Made by a program: the position numbers and the translations under genes. A DNA stretch of 64,000 nucleotides from Octopus sinensis (Eukaryota). Below, piece by piece: positions 1 through 13,784 of the stretch; positions within the stretch are counted from its first letter, which is position 1, and every line of letters starts with the position of its first letter. The stretch is taken from assembly GCF_006345805.1 (NCBI RefSeq), contig NC_043001.1, forward strand, positions 60,388,001 to 60,452,000. The letters run 5' to 3'. Below the pieces are notes generated by a model, which made no database searches, was not told the origin of the DNA, and worked only from the letters and a program-made list of their open reading frames with translations.

Positions 1-173
1 CATTTTGTTGACACTTTTTATGTCCTGTACTCATATATGCATATATATATACATATATATGTAGGTATGTGCATATATGTATATATGCATAAATTTATAT
101 ATTATTTAATTGGCGTAATCCTACCAACTATTTAGTTGGAAGATCCTGCCTCTCTACAGGGCTACTAACGTAC

Positions 174-340
174 CATTCGAGATCATTACAAGATACTAGA
201 CTGGCAAAAAATCCAATAGCATTAATAGGAGGCATACACAACTGAGGCACATTCAGTAGCAGGATAGAGAATTCCGATTCCCTGTACGCTTTATCTGGAG
301 AATCGGTGACCTTTGAAATGATGTCTCCAACGTCAAATAT
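174..340 (-). CDS. Candidate internal exon of an unidentified host gene
   Basis: Acceptor ...tattgcttttaattAG, then 55 stop-free codons (IFDVGDIISKVTDSPDKAYRESEFSILLLNVPQLCMPPINAIGFFASLVSCNDLE+TG), then donor GTACGT. Non-repetitive; no family recognised. Confidence 0.3.
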
Positions 341-2755
341 CTAATTAAAAGCAATAGTATGAGATAACTCTCTATGAAAAATGTATTACCCAGTGAGAAA
401 TATTGATATATTTCTATTAGACTGCTCATAAATGTATATACAACTACTGTGATTTTGACCACCAGTGGCTTTATAACTTAATTGTGATGTACTGAAGTGT
501 GTCTACATTTGTTTCTGCGATTGCTAGTTCAGGTTTTCTATGAACTCAAATACCTTATTAATATGTCTATAACTGATTGCTAAACGTCGTTACATTTGAC
601 ATAATATTCGTGCACAATCAGGACAATATGTTGTGTAGCAACCTTCTTAATTCGTCACATACTGAAGTACAGTCCTTCTCTAGGGAAGTCATACAATTTT
701 GATGTATCTGCTATCATTCATATTACAAAGGTTTGATCTCTGTATGTAGGCTAGGACACATATCCAAGTTATAGGAAAATGACTTGTATATGAGGCTTCA
801 CACGGAGAATCTCATGGTTTGAAAACAAACTTCTTAATCACTTCACCTTACCAGCATTCATATGTCAGGAGAATGCATCCATTGACGAGCATCAATAATA
901 TTTGCAAAAGTAGTTTTATACTCCGTACTTGCAGATAAAATATACGTATAAGTTTTTCCAGATATTTAAATGCCTTTTTATATTATATTATAGATAAGCT
1001 GTCAATCTTCTAAGTATGGAATAACATGCATTCATTCATTCATCCATTCATTCATTCATACAAAAGAAGAACTTCTAAAAGTAAACTTTTGATATTATCA
1101 TTTATAGTAAATTATGACATTTTAGTCACACGTAAATGATATATTCTCCTCTAAATTCGAATATTTTAAAAATGAAGTAAAATGTTACACAATCAGAAAA
1201 GAAACATGGAAATAAATCTATTTAAGTGAACTATATTTGTATATTTTGAAATGCGGAATAGATGAAAAAATAAAACTTATATATAGCGTCAATGTCCACT
1301 GACACAAAATATAGAATATATTGTAGTTAAATCATAGCTGTAAAATATTTCTGAATTTGAACAGGTAATTCATGAAATTACATAAATACAAGTATTAATA
1401 TATCGATTGAATATTCCCAGTATATTTCTTCATGGGAATTTATTTATGAAAACGCAACTTAATATTAAAATAATAATTTAAGGAATGAAATTTAAATACA
1501 CAGAAGGTTGAGTGTTCACAAAGATTAAAATATCTACACAAAAAATTACATAATTCAGCATGAGCTACTGCGTTGTGTGCTTATGATGTTACACGGATTA
1601 GTGCATAACTCCTCTCTTTATATATCGACTTTCTTTGCGAAGCCTTAATGTCAATTTTTTCTAATTATTGGACTAACCTACGAGACGTGTATTTCGTATT
1701 TTCGGAAACTTTCATGCTCAATCTACGGCAACTAATATATTCTCAGATGCTTCATAGCAATCAATTTTCTCCTGATGTGTATACACAGCCAAACAACGAT
1801 ATATAATCATCCTTACCAAATACTATGCATAGATGCTACGCTCACACGTGTCTTTCATGAATAAATCGACAATTATTAGATTTTTTCTGAATATAAGTTT
1901 CATCTTCTTTTGTTTGCTTGGTCATTTAGAATGAATTCTTGCCACCAATTACTTTTATCGGTATAAAAGACCAGTGATGTACATCGGCATTTCCAATCGA
2001 AGAATGAGTTGCATACTTTCCTTTCTCTAAATTGAGCAGATCTTTTCTGACAAGCAATTCTTGCGAACAAACGAAAGGAATTTTGATCGTGAGATATTTA
2101 TTGCTATTCTGAAAAGACTCTCCTTTCCCTCTTTTCTTATAATACGATTTTCTTTCCTTTTATTTTTGGCTTCACATTTGTAAGAGTTCTATACAAGAGT
2201 ATTGGTAATAGCAACTACTATTGTTCATGCCTGTGTCTCATGAAATCAAGTTAAGTCTAGTCTTTTGTGAAACTCTCAAGCAGTTCACTGCTATAAGGAA
2301 TTTATGGGAATAGAAACATTACAGAAATGCAGTTCAGTATACAAATAGGCTCCGTACAAGAATTAAGTAGTGCTTGAAAATTGAATTACTATCATGTGTC
2401 AAGAATATAATTTACTTATTCATATTCTGAATTTGAGTAATGTATAGAATAGGACATGAAGAATAAAAGTAAGTATCGAATGTTTGTTAAGGAGTAATTT
2501 TGTCTTATGTTGATGAGTTCACTCGGCGCTTTCAACTGTGAAACAGTTTGAGAGTGTTTGCATGTTGAATGTGTTGTGGACATATTACACTACATATGTA
2601 ATTGCATACATGCATGCATATATATATATACATATATATAACATTCAAAAGAGATATTTTCATGACTTGAACAGTGACTCCTATCATCCACAGCGGGTCA
2701 TTTTCGGGGCAGCGCAGCTGACCATTTAACATACTACTGTCATGGCACTCTCATA

Positions 2756-2857
2756 TTCTTCTTCTTCTTCTTCTTCTTCTTCTTCTTCTTCTTCTTCTTC
2801 TTCTTCTTCTTCTTCTTCTTCTTCTTCTTCTTCTTCTTCTTCTTCTTCTTCTTCTTC
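2756..2857. repeat. (TTC)n/(GAA)n microsatellite, ~34 units
   Basis: Perfect trinucleotide run; explains the poly-S and poly-E ORFs. Confidence 0.98.
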
Positions 2858-3096
2858 CCTACCAAGAATTAACAACGATCTCGAACCAACAAGAGAGACA
2901 GAGACAAGCAGAAGCAAGGAATATGCCACTTGTATTTGAACACTATACAAATATTCTTTTAAAAAAATTTTCTTTTAGTTTTTCCAAATTTAATTCCTTT
3001 CCATACTTACAGTTGAAAATGTCTCAGTGACTGAAATCGGTAGTGAAATGTTTTTTATAAAATTATTTTAGCATTTTCTATCTTGTCTCTTTTTCC

Positions 3097-3124
3097 ATAT
3101 ATATATACATATATGTATATATAT

Positions 3125-3218
<94 letters not shown>

Positions 3219-3231
3219 AATATATATATAT
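3097..3231. repeat. (TA)n microsatellite, representative of dozens of TA/CA/GA/TAA tracts in the window
   Basis: Directly visible. Similar tracts at ~6530, 8800, 24190, 30730, 34880, 36910, 44410, 51120, 51690 and 54040. Confidence 0.98.
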
Positions 3232-3232
3232 A

Positions 3233-3430
3233 ACGGGAGGTTTACGAAAATAAACAAAAGACGAAGGCAGGTGGAGTACAAACAAACAATTGTATTAGTA
3301 TGGCGCTCAGGAATAGAAATAAAACAAGTTTTTTACGTTTCGAGCCTACGCTCTTCGACAGAAAGATACACAGAAAAGAAACAAGGAGAGAAAAAAAAAT
3401 GCGTGTAGGAGCTAACGATCCAACATGGCG
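3233..3430 (-). mobile_element. Short non-autonomous PLE-derived repeat (family B) carrying an HHR-like motif
   Basis: Aligns by eye with 38710-38910 (same strand) and, reverse-complemented, with 38500-38670 and 44705-44830; abuts a (TA)n tract. Confidence 0.7.
3331..3364 (-). ncRNA. Minimal hammerhead-like motif, variant core CUGUCGA
   Basis: Minus strand TTT-CTGTCGA-A-GAGC-GTAG-GCTC-GAAAC-GTA-AAA: stem I, stem II hairpin, GAAAC/GUA. Confidence 0.6.
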
Positions 3431-3537
3431 TTCTCTCTCTCTCTCTCTCTCCCTATATATACATATATATATTATATATTTATATATATACATATACACA
3501 TATATGTGTGTATGTATATATATATATATATATATAT

Positions 3538-3539
<2 letters not shown>

Positions 3540-3603
<64 letters not shown>
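3540..3603. repeat. (AGAT)n tetranucleotide microsatellite
   Basis: Directly visible. Confidence 0.97.
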
Positions 3604-3604
<1 letters not shown>

Positions 3605-3789
3605 TACAAGAGTTACGGAATGGTGTATGGGAAATCCGGGCTACATTCCGATTGAATCTTTGTGTCAACATGTACTTCCTTGTGACTGAATATCTTGACA
3701 GTATACACCATACTTGAATTTCTGAGGTTCCATTCGCTTTAAATCATATGTAACCCGGATTTCCCATACTCGATTGCGTAACTCTTGTA
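3605..3789. mobile_element. MITE (Tc1/mariner-type) with ~40-bp terminal inverted repeats
   Basis: Left TACAAGAGTTACGGAATGGTGTATGGGAAATCCGGGCTACA vs reverse complement of right end TACAAGAGTTACGCAATCGAGTATGGGAAATCCGGGTTACA (4 mismatches in 41); TA at both ends; non-coding. Confidence 0.85.
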
Positions 3790-3792
3790 TAC

Positions 3793-3953
3793 TTTATTTA
3801 CATTATTTAGATTTGATGGATATTTATCCTCATTTTTTTTTGTTGTTGACAACGTTTCGGCTCTGTCCAACGGGAATTTCGAACCTTGGTTCTCATTTCT
3901 AAGGTATTTTTCCGCTGTTATTATTATTATTTGAATTATTATTATTATTATTA

Positions 3954-4037
<84 letters not shown>

Positions 4038-4061
4038 CATTATTATTCAGGTCAAGGCCTG

Positions 4062-4105
<44 letters not shown>

Positions 4106-4335
4106 GCATCGAAAAATACCTTAGGAATGAGAACCTAGGTTCGAAATTTCCCCCAACACACCTGAAGAAGGCTGGAGGGCATATCTGACGAAACGTTGTG
4201 TTAACAACAAACAAGATGAGGACAAATATCCATCGAATGTAAGTAATGTAAATAATGTAAATAAAAAAGATTAGGTCAAATATCCATCAAATATAAATAA
4301 TTTACATATTTCCTCATCTGTCAAATATAGAACTG
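3793..4335. mobile_element. Inverted pair of a PLE-type pLTR repeat (family A) flanking TTA/TAG/TAA microsatellites
   Basis: 3793-3918 is the internally deleted reverse complement of 4105-4262 (e.g. gaaaaataccttaggaatgagaacctaggttcgaaatttc; gaaacgttg; gatgaggacaaatatccatc). Confidence 0.75.
4158..4201 (+). ncRNA. Minimal type-I hammerhead motif with degraded stem II
   Basis: ACAC-CTGAAGA-A-GGCTG...CTGAC-GAAAC-GTT-GTGT; palindromic AACGTT stem III. The inverted copy keeps AGCCGAAAC, implying an ancestral GGCTG/CAGCC stem II. Confidence 0.7.
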
Positions 4336-5009
4336 TATTATCTTGTATTCTTTTTCAAACATTCGGCTACCCTAGTTGCCTACTGAGGCATATAAGCTAA
4401 CCGTCTTCCTACACCTCGATTCCTGGATCTTACATACATATATAAATGTGTGTGTGTATGCGTGTTCTAGCAAACGCACCCGTACTTTGGACGGTGTAAA
4501 TTATCATAATGGTGCACTCCTGTGGACAGTTTAAGTTGAATTTGCCCTCAGTTATAAGTCGTTTCAAGTTGATAAGCGTACAATGTAAATAACCATTTTA
4601 GTTACCAGTTTATGATATGGTATTAAGAAATGAAATTCCATGAAATGAGATCGCAATTGCAGTAGGCATTAGGGATTCTATATCTTACTTGAAGCGTTTT
4701 GTATCATGCACTTTTTTCTCTCGCAAAGCTTCACACAACCGCATTGAAGCTTTTGTCGATGGAAAAAATGTATGATAAAGAGAAGAAACCATTTATAGCA
4801 AACAGGCATTAGAATAATAGCTTGCACAAAAATAAGTACCAGAGCATGCTTATGAGCGAATAACGTGCGTGAAGTAAAAAGGGTCATTCAAGGTAATTCA
4901 CTGTTAACATCAATGTTGGAAAGGAAGGTTAAATATCAATGAAATGCTCGCAGGAAGTTTGATTGCTAATGCCTACATTTTGCCGTATATATGAAGAACG
5001 CAGTGGAGG

Positions 5010-6270
5010 AATAACTTATGTAGGGCTGCTTTGTAAACGACATTGTTTCGTTTTTCATTCGAGATCATAGATGAATAAGTTGTCTGGGTGCCACCTGTGG
5101 AACAACCGAAGGGGATCTACCCATGTGAAAAGCACGATGTTTGAAGGTTCAATCAGACACTTTTCAGCGACAAACCTTCTGCTTTGTTAATTGTCATGGT
5201 AACTGAAATCTCTTCATAGAATTAGCGGAATTTTCGGAATGGAAACGGTATCGTTTTTGCCGTGTCCCGTAATAATGTGGGCTTCAATGACGTGGTCCAT
5301 CATTTGTTTGACCACAAGACGAGTTCCACTGCATGGTGTGGGTGTATTTAGATTGCACAGAAAAATGACAGGGCAACCGACCTTGAAGTGAAGGTCATGG
5401 GGAGGGAGTCCTGGGGGATCTTGGGAGTTGAAAAATTCTGTTGGAAAGTGTGTAACCTGATCGAGGTCGGTAATTGTGTCAACTGATCTGTAACAGCGTT
5501 CTTGAGATTGTAGCTGGGTGAGTAAGTCGTTGTTAAGAGTATTGAGTGCTGCATCTGTAGTGGCAAAAACATCCCTGTCGCGAAGCCAATTTCGTATTAT
5601 GTATTCCGTTGTAAGATTTGTGTAAACGGCAGAACATTACGGCAGGAGACAGTGTGGCTAATGGTGGTAGTGTCAATGTATCTGTCCATTGTTTTCGGAC
5701 GTAATTTGTCCATTGCCAATTTTAAGGAGCATTTCTGAAAACTGGGTTGTAGACTGACCAGTCTGTAGCCGTGATCTCATATTGATGGTGAGTTGTTTTG
5801 ATTGGACCAAAGAAGGAATTTTTTAAGGCAGGCATTAAGTACATCAGGGGATATTCATATGCAGAATTTGTCGAAAATCTCCTGCAAGAAGTAGGCTCGC
5901 ACTTCGTCCCTCATTGTGGTATCAAGTGTTTGTTGGGAACATGTATGGGACATAGTTGCTTCATCCCAAGCTATGAGTTTGTACTTTTCCAAAATTATCG
6001 CTTCGTCCGAGGAATGCATTATGTGACACGTTGGGATATTTTCATGTGCTACGTTGAAAAAGCATTCGGAGTTCAGGAGAGGAACTCTGTAGACGCGTCT
6101 GATTGTGTCGCCTTTCTACACGGCTGGATCCAACTGTGGAGACCGGGGGACCGGCCGTGTTTTCGTCGCTGAATTCTACCTAGACGTGTGCATGAAATGT
6201 TTTGCAGAGCATCTTTTTGTGGGGTACGACCCACCGATTGTCAACCAAAATTCCTGGTTATGAACTTTTA
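5010..6270 (-). mobile_element. Helitron Rep/PIF1-helicase coding remnant, internally deleted and pseudogenised
   Basis: Manual minus-strand translation gives VDNRWVVPH..LCKTFHAHV (Rep region), then LIAWDEATMSH, GDFRQIL, LTINMR, FSEMLLKIGNG, FPTEFFNS, GTRLVVKQMMDHVIEAHIITG, MTINKAEGLSL and CFSHG: PIF1/Helitron helicase motifs in order, with stops and frameshifts. Confidence 0.85.
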
Positions 6271-6528
6271 TGATGATTGCTGTGTAAGGGAGAACATTTC
6301 TGACTGTTACCTTCGGTGTTAGGAAGACAATTTCTGATGGCACTTCTCAAAGTACATACCTTCTGACTTTAGAAGCCCCATATCTAAATATCACCCTATA
6401 AGTGACGCTGAGGCATCTGTGAAACATAAGTGATGTACTTAACAAGCATGAACGAAATCGGATGAAAGATATAGATCAAGCAATGGTCAGTGACATATAT
6501 ACACATATATACATACACATCACTCTCT

Positions 6529-6606
<78 letters not shown>

Positions 6607-8795
6607 GTATATGTATATATGTATATATGCATGCATACTCATAGTAAGAGAGGGAGGGTGGGAAATGTGTTTCATTAAAGATGAGGATTTTAACATTCAC
6701 TACTCAGAGTTAGTCGCTACATGACATTTTCATGTTGACAAAATCGTGAATCCATATATTTGTTATCTGAATTTCTATAATACCGAAATATATTTACTAT
6801 ATGAGGAATATACACCCAGTCATTTTCAGAGAGGATGGAAATTGTATTGACATATGTTTCTTTAAGCATATCTGCTGGAAATACACGAAAATCCAATAAT
6901 TAAGCAACTAAAGAGACAGCCTAATGCTAATTTAACTGAAAACTAAAGATTGAAAGACATATATAAGTTATTTGAAACTTCATCCTATCGGCAAAGTCAG
7001 TTTCTTATATAAATAGTTGTTGGAGGAATGGTTAATTATGGTTCTTGATGTTCCAGTTTTGATAACATCTGTTTACTTTCCATGGCCTGGCTAATTAATA
7101 TGTGTTTTTAAAACGTTTACGTTGCATTTAAATTTATTAACGAAACACAGTTTAGTGCAGCATTAATTAATTACTCTATAATTAATCTTGGTTGTTTTTT
7201 GGTGTTTTGGAATGGAATATAGCTGATGCCGTTAGCGTCACACTGAAACAAGAGCTACTCGACAGCTCAAAGATAAAAAATATGATGGAAATGATTTGTA
7301 GACAGAGATATTTTGATGAGAGAAAAAGTAATATAAATAATGTGTGTGAAATCAGGAGTGTGAAGGTTTTAGGGTTGACGACCAGATGTACGTGGATAAT
7401 TGGAATGACATAATACCAATTATAATTCCGATGAATAAAATATCAAGTACTAGAGGGGAAGTCAGCGAAAGTGAGAGAAAGAAACAAAAGGAGGCAGGAT
7501 GAAAGATAGGCCTGAAGAGCTACGAAAGAAGAAAGTAAAATAGATAAATAGCTATACAGATAAGTGGATAGACAGATAGATAGCTAGATAGAGACAGACA
7601 GACAGAAAGACAGACAGAGAGAAAGAGAAAGTGAGGAAGAGAGTGAGATGGATGGATGGATGGATCGGTCGATCAATGGATCGATCTATCTTTAAAGAGT
7701 ATTCATTTGGATCAAAGATGGATGTCATATTTTATGGCAATAAGTCCGTTCGCCTGTCGTAGATGTTGTCATATATGGTGTGTTGATTAGCATTATCAGC
7801 TTACATATAATTGCAATAAACTATTATCATTCTAAACTAATTACTGTTTCTTGAGAATACTGCTTCTAACATGAACACTTTTATTCTGTTAGTCGAATAA
7901 ATTATTATACCAAAGGTAAAAGCCTAAAATAATTGTCAATACGCCCATATAGGAGCGAAATTGTTTTACCGAAAACTACCAATGTGTTTTCTCCAAGCAG
8001 CGGCATCAATGAAGGAATTTAGAAACACAACATAAATAATAATGCACTTAATTGCGAAGTCATCTGGTACATTTCCAAATATTCTGATTGAAATTTATCC
8101 TTATTTTTAAAATAAATCCGTGTAACAGCTACCGATAATGAACATTTGTGATAAATGCCTGTCTACCTAACTGAACCTTTTTAAAATTATTTCATAAATG
8201 CATCATGATATATGAATACTTGTCCGCTTGGAAGTATATATATATATATGTTACCATGAGTGTAAGAACCTACCAATATAAGTCAACTATCTGTTCTATA
8301 AAAGAATGTTCCGTAATACAAGTACATCTTACAGTATAAAATAATGTACCCAATAAGTGTACGCTTACTTCTCCTGATGTTCCTAAGCATAAGAAACACC
8401 AAAGGAATACAACGGATAAAAATAAACAATAAAACTCTCATTTACAAAATTGTCACATCTATTTCATAAACATTCCAAGCATATTCTCTCTCCTGTATAT
8501 CTCGCCATATTCTATTATGTATTAATTTTCTCACTCTAACTTCCATATGACATCTTTTCATTAGCATTTCCTAGACCATGATTTCTAACTAATTCCACTA
8601 AAACTAGCCTCAGTAAATATTTTTTACTGGAATTAGTTAGAAACCATCGTCTAGGAACTAAATAAGATGGTAAACGTTTTTAATTTTCATTCCTTTCGAG
8701 AATTTATCCCTAATTAGTGGTTTGAATTTTCTACTGCTCTTTCTAGCACAAGACTTTCCTATTTGGAAGACTCTTGATGTGTTTTAATGTACACG

Positions 8796-8897
<102 letters not shown>

Positions 8898-10661
8898 ACA
8901 TATATGCCTGCTCATCAGAAGGAAAACAATAAACAATACATAATGGTCATATATTTTTTTGCCGAAACAACAGCTGTTTAATTCATAAATTGTCGGTTCC
9001 TATTGAAATATATTTATCGGAATAAATCACAGAATTTCACCAATAGAACTCAGAAGAGTGATAGACAGAATCTTAGTTTAAACCCGCCATTTACTCCTCA
9101 CAGACATACATATTGTATGAATACACGCACACACAAACACAGAGGCACGCACACATATATTAGTTGCTTGTTTACGTCTCTGTAATATAACGCCTAAGCA
9201 GCAGCGTCAGATATATTAAGTATACCACTAAATGACAATCCAAATGAAATGAAAGAATACAAGGATGAAAGGATATTTAATTCCAGCAAAATTATTATAC
9301 ATTTATAATCAGTTTTTCGTGAGATTGAGTAATTTTTATTGTTTTGCGTAAATATACAATTAACTGGAACACATTTTAAAGATAGAATAGGCTATAAATC
9401 GCTCATATAAGAACAACAACACACTCTTAGCACCAATGCGTCTATACAATTAAAATGCAATTATAATATTCTTGTTGAACTGAGAACTGATACAAGTTTG
9501 AATATCTTAGTTGTGTGCAAATATTGAATAAATAACTTAAATGCCCTTTCCTTAATTAAAGAACATTTACCCACTGACAAAGTTTAATATATAACTCAGG
9601 AAGACCAATTTAAAAGAAAATTCAACAAGACGTTCTGTAAGTTAAATTGTTCGCCACACACGTATGTATGAGAATTTTGCTCCTAGAGTTTAATCTCGAT
9701 TTCTGTTTCAGATTGGCTACTTGATTTAGATACTAGAAGTATCATCCCAACTTCCCTTAAATCATACCATAATTTCTCATATAATTTCTGAAGATATTTG
9801 ATTTATGTAGCCATCATTTTCTAGTATTTAATCACACGCACAAGCGCATATACACACATATATACCTTTTTAGCGTTAGAATAAATTTGAACATTCATAC
9901 TGTCAGTCGATGAATCAACAATAACACTACATCACCAAATTCATCTTCCCCAGAGGCTTCATAAACACCACCACAACAACAATAATAAAACATCTAGCTT
10001 CCTGACATGCGGCTATTCAGTTCGGAAGAGAAAGAGGAAAATGTCTTAGAGAACAGTACTACAATTACTCATTACCATATACATAATTTAACATTGTCGA
10101 ATGTTTTTTTTAATTATGTTTACGATAAATTTTGATATAGATCTGTAATATTTCAAAGTATTCTATTCTTGAATTTCGATATCTATTTACTGATATATGA
10201 ATGTCATTTATAATTCTTGTAAGTTGAATATATGAAATCTATTTGTGATGAGAGTACACTAAATTTAGTTCACATATTTCTATACCTGAAATGTATATAT
10301 CATCCAAAAGCGATCTACAACATCAAATCTCTACCACTAGAAATATATGAGAATTTCTTACAATTTTGAATCACAACAGTGGATTTCCTAGGAAATAGTT
10401 TTAAAGTGTAATGTAATTACTGAATGTGTGCTAAAACAATATCTTCCATATAAATGAATTAAAATTTCTTAAAACGATTTACTTCACACTTGTGCTATTT
10501 CGGTCATATAACATATCAATATCTACTTATTTCTAAACTACAACAGAACCAAATATTTAAAGGGTTAATACAAGTTTTTTCATTTAATCTTGTAAGAGAC
10601 TTCAACTATTGAAGATGGTTTACTTCCTAAGAAAAGAAAAGTTTAAATATTCAATGTTATT

Positions 10662-10712
<51 letters not shown>

Positions 10713-10749
10713 CACCAGCAGTAGGAGTCATAATGATAATAATAATAAT

Positions 10750-11125
10750 GCAGCTCAAGTACAAGCTTTCAGGAATATGTGCAGGTCAGGAACAAGTGTA
10801 AAGGACCAACTATATGAAATGCAGAATAGACAACACTACTGATAGCCACAAATGCATAATGTGGGGTGAGAGGAGTGCAACGGTACGGCACATCGTTAGC
10901 GAATGCCCGAAATTGGCACAACGCGAATGCAAAAGATACCATGGCTATGTGGCAAGAATGATCATGTGGGAGCTGTGTGGATCCAGCGTCTACAAAGAGC
11001 AAAGACATGATATGAGAAAGCTCCAGGAGTGAGCGAAAATGAGAATTGCAAAATCCTGTGTGATGCAATGATCTAGTGCAATTACCCGACGAGACACCGG
11101 AAACCGGACGTTGTTTTCTGTATAT
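10750..11125 (+). mobile_element. R4/Dong-type LINE 3' fragment (CCHC knuckle and start of restriction-like endonuclease)
   Basis: KCIMWG..ATVRHIVSECPKLAQRECKRYHGYVARMIMWELC, then ENCKIL and RKPDVV. Confidence 0.75.
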
Positions 11126-11137
11126 ATAAAAGGCACG

Positions 11138-11172
<35 letters not shown>

Positions 11173-11394
11173 TGAATGCAATTTATGCACAACCACAAAT
11201 TAGCATGTATGTCGCTCAATTTTTAGGAAGACATTCGTCACAATCCGAGCTGTATTTTCGTCAAATCATTTGCTCCCGAGGCACTAACGAATAGTGATAA
11301 AAATAATTTTGAACCATAACTTCTAATAGCTTTCACGTCGGAGATATACACCATAATTTACAAACATGAGTTAAGTCCCCTTCTAGCGATGGTG

Positions 11395-11436
<42 letters not shown>

Positions 11437-11712
11437 AAATTTTAAAAATTTCGTCTTCTTAGTGAGTGATTGACAGACAAAAACTGACAAACAGGGGTTG
11501 TTATGTATGTATGTATGTGTGAATGGCTTCAGTCAGACACACGTGAACATGTATGCGCACGAAACACATGTATTGCAATAGGTGTACGTAAGTGCGTGTG
11601 TTTGTGTGTGTCGCCCGTGTATATATATATATATGCGCGCGTGTGTGTGTGTGTGTGTGGTGTGTGTGTGTGTGTGTGTTTGTGTGTGTGTATATATATA
11701 TATGTATGTATA

Positions 11713-12975
11713 TATTGTTTGTCCGGAAAGTTCGTGCCGATTTTTAAAGGAAAGAAAAAGGTCAATAAATACTTGCCATTACATTTTTAATCAACTAAAG
11801 ATGAACCATGTTTTTTGCACAATGTGTCTCCATCTTTCCTTTAACTTGAAAATACCCTCTTCCCAGAATTGAGGTTGTTTCATGTCAAAGAATTCATCAA
11901 GGTATCTTTTTACGTCACCAAGGAATTGAAATATTTACTTTTAAGACTATTCTGCAGAGACCTGAATAAGTGGAAATCCGAAGGAGCAATATCTGGTGAA
12001 TATAGAAGGTGGAGTAACACATCCCAGCCTAGTTGCAGCATTTTTCATGGTTCGCAAAGAAACGTGCGGTCTTGCATTATCATGTTGGAAAATAACACCC
12101 TTCCTGTTGGACAATTATGGACGTTTCTCTTGAGTTGCAGATTTTAATTCGTCCAGTTGTGTGTAGTATTTCTCAGAATTAATTGTCTGGTTACTTGGGA
12201 GAAGCTGATAGTACACAATTCCTTTCCAATCCCACCAGATACAAAGCAAGACTTTGTTAGGGTGAAGATCCGCTTTTGGGGTGGCTAAGGGTGGCTCATG
12301 TCGCTTTCTCTGAACATTTCAGTAGATAATCCATTTCTCATCACCTGTCACAATTTGCTTTATAAAAGGCGTATTTTCATTCCGTTTATAAAGCAAATCA
12401 TAAATGGAAACACGATCCAAAAGGTTTTTCTCACTCATGTGGTACCCAAATATTTTAGCGATTTGTGTACCAAAGTTTTACCAGGTGCTCATGTACGACG
12501 GATTTTGATAGGTTGAGACTTTCTGCCAATTCTCGGGTTGTGCAATGTGGGTTATTCTCAATTAATGACTTGATTTGGTCATCATCTATAGTGGATGGTC
12601 TGCCCGATCGATCTTTATCAATAAGGCTACAATCTCCAGCTCGGAACCTTGTGAACCACTTCCGTACAGTTCTTTCAGTTAGAGAAACAATATCGTAAAC
12701 TGTGCATATTTCTTTGGTTGCTTGTGAGTCATTTTTCCTTTACGGAAAAACAAAAGCATCAAGTGCCGAAAATGAGCTTTCCTATCTTCCATTTTAAAGG
12801 GTTACAGAATTAACACATGTTATAGGGATATAAATCTTCTTCCACGAAAATATAGATTAAACTGTGCTCTAAATAGAGGTGTAGTCAATCCTATTTTATG
12901 GACCCAACCATGTTCTAAATTAAGTCGAAAGGTAAGCTACTACAAATCGGCACGAACTTTCCGGGCAACCTAATA
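11713..12975 (-). mobile_element. Mariner-type DNA transposon, full length (~1.26 kb), defective transposase
   Basis: TIR core CCGGAAAGTTCGTGCCGATTT at both ends in inverted orientation, with flanking TA. Minus-strand motifs WVPH, VTGDEKW, HDNARPH and YSPDIAPSDFHLFRSLQ. Confidence 0.93.
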
Positions 12976-13784
12976 TATATACACAATATAAACTATATTT
13001 TCCGTTTCTCCACAACTAATTTCCAAATTAGCTAAATCCGTTGCTGACATATTGCTGGTTGTGCGTGAACATGAGAGAAAGCAGAAGTTACCAGAGCAAA
13101 AATCCTGTGTAGACACGCTCCTTCGCTCCTTCGATTAGCTATTATTTTTAAACAATGTTTCGAAAATGTTCGTGTTTTCGAAACGAGAGATCTGACTCTC
13201 ACATCTCTGCGGGAGAAGGTAGGCCTCTCTATTTCTCTTACACAAGTTACGTCTGGTACCAAATTTACTCAAATTTGCCACAACTGATGTTATTACTCGT
13301 GTACGGAGTGGTGGTGGGACAGGGTCAGGGGTAAGGGCATACAAAAAACATATATGCATTAGGTGTATGTATATGTTTGTGTGTGTGGAAGTGTTACATG
13401 ATGGGGGTGATGTTTTCAAAAGAGCTGGCATATGCAACCTGATTACCTCTACCGATTAAACTCCCAACCCATGCGCTCTCGTTGCGATTCTGATTCTGCA
13501 GCACTGAGTTGAGTATGAAAACTAACCTTAAAGTATAAATATAGATGTTTTTGAATCAGCAATGCTGTGTTCGGTTAAGTCCTACTTGGGTTGAAAAATC
13601 AATAAACTGATTCCTTATAAGGTATTCCATTTAATCAGGATACAAATATCTATAAACCGATTACTTATAGGACTTCCCACTAAAATTGTCTACACTAATT
13701 TTGATGTATTTTGTTCAAACTTGATGCCAGCATTACTTAGGACTCAGCATTACTTAGGACAACGTGTGTGCACTGTTTAAGACC

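Noticed and set aside
2017-2188. Apparent minus-strand exon bounded by AG and GTATGC
   Set aside because: On careful reading all three frames contain a stop.
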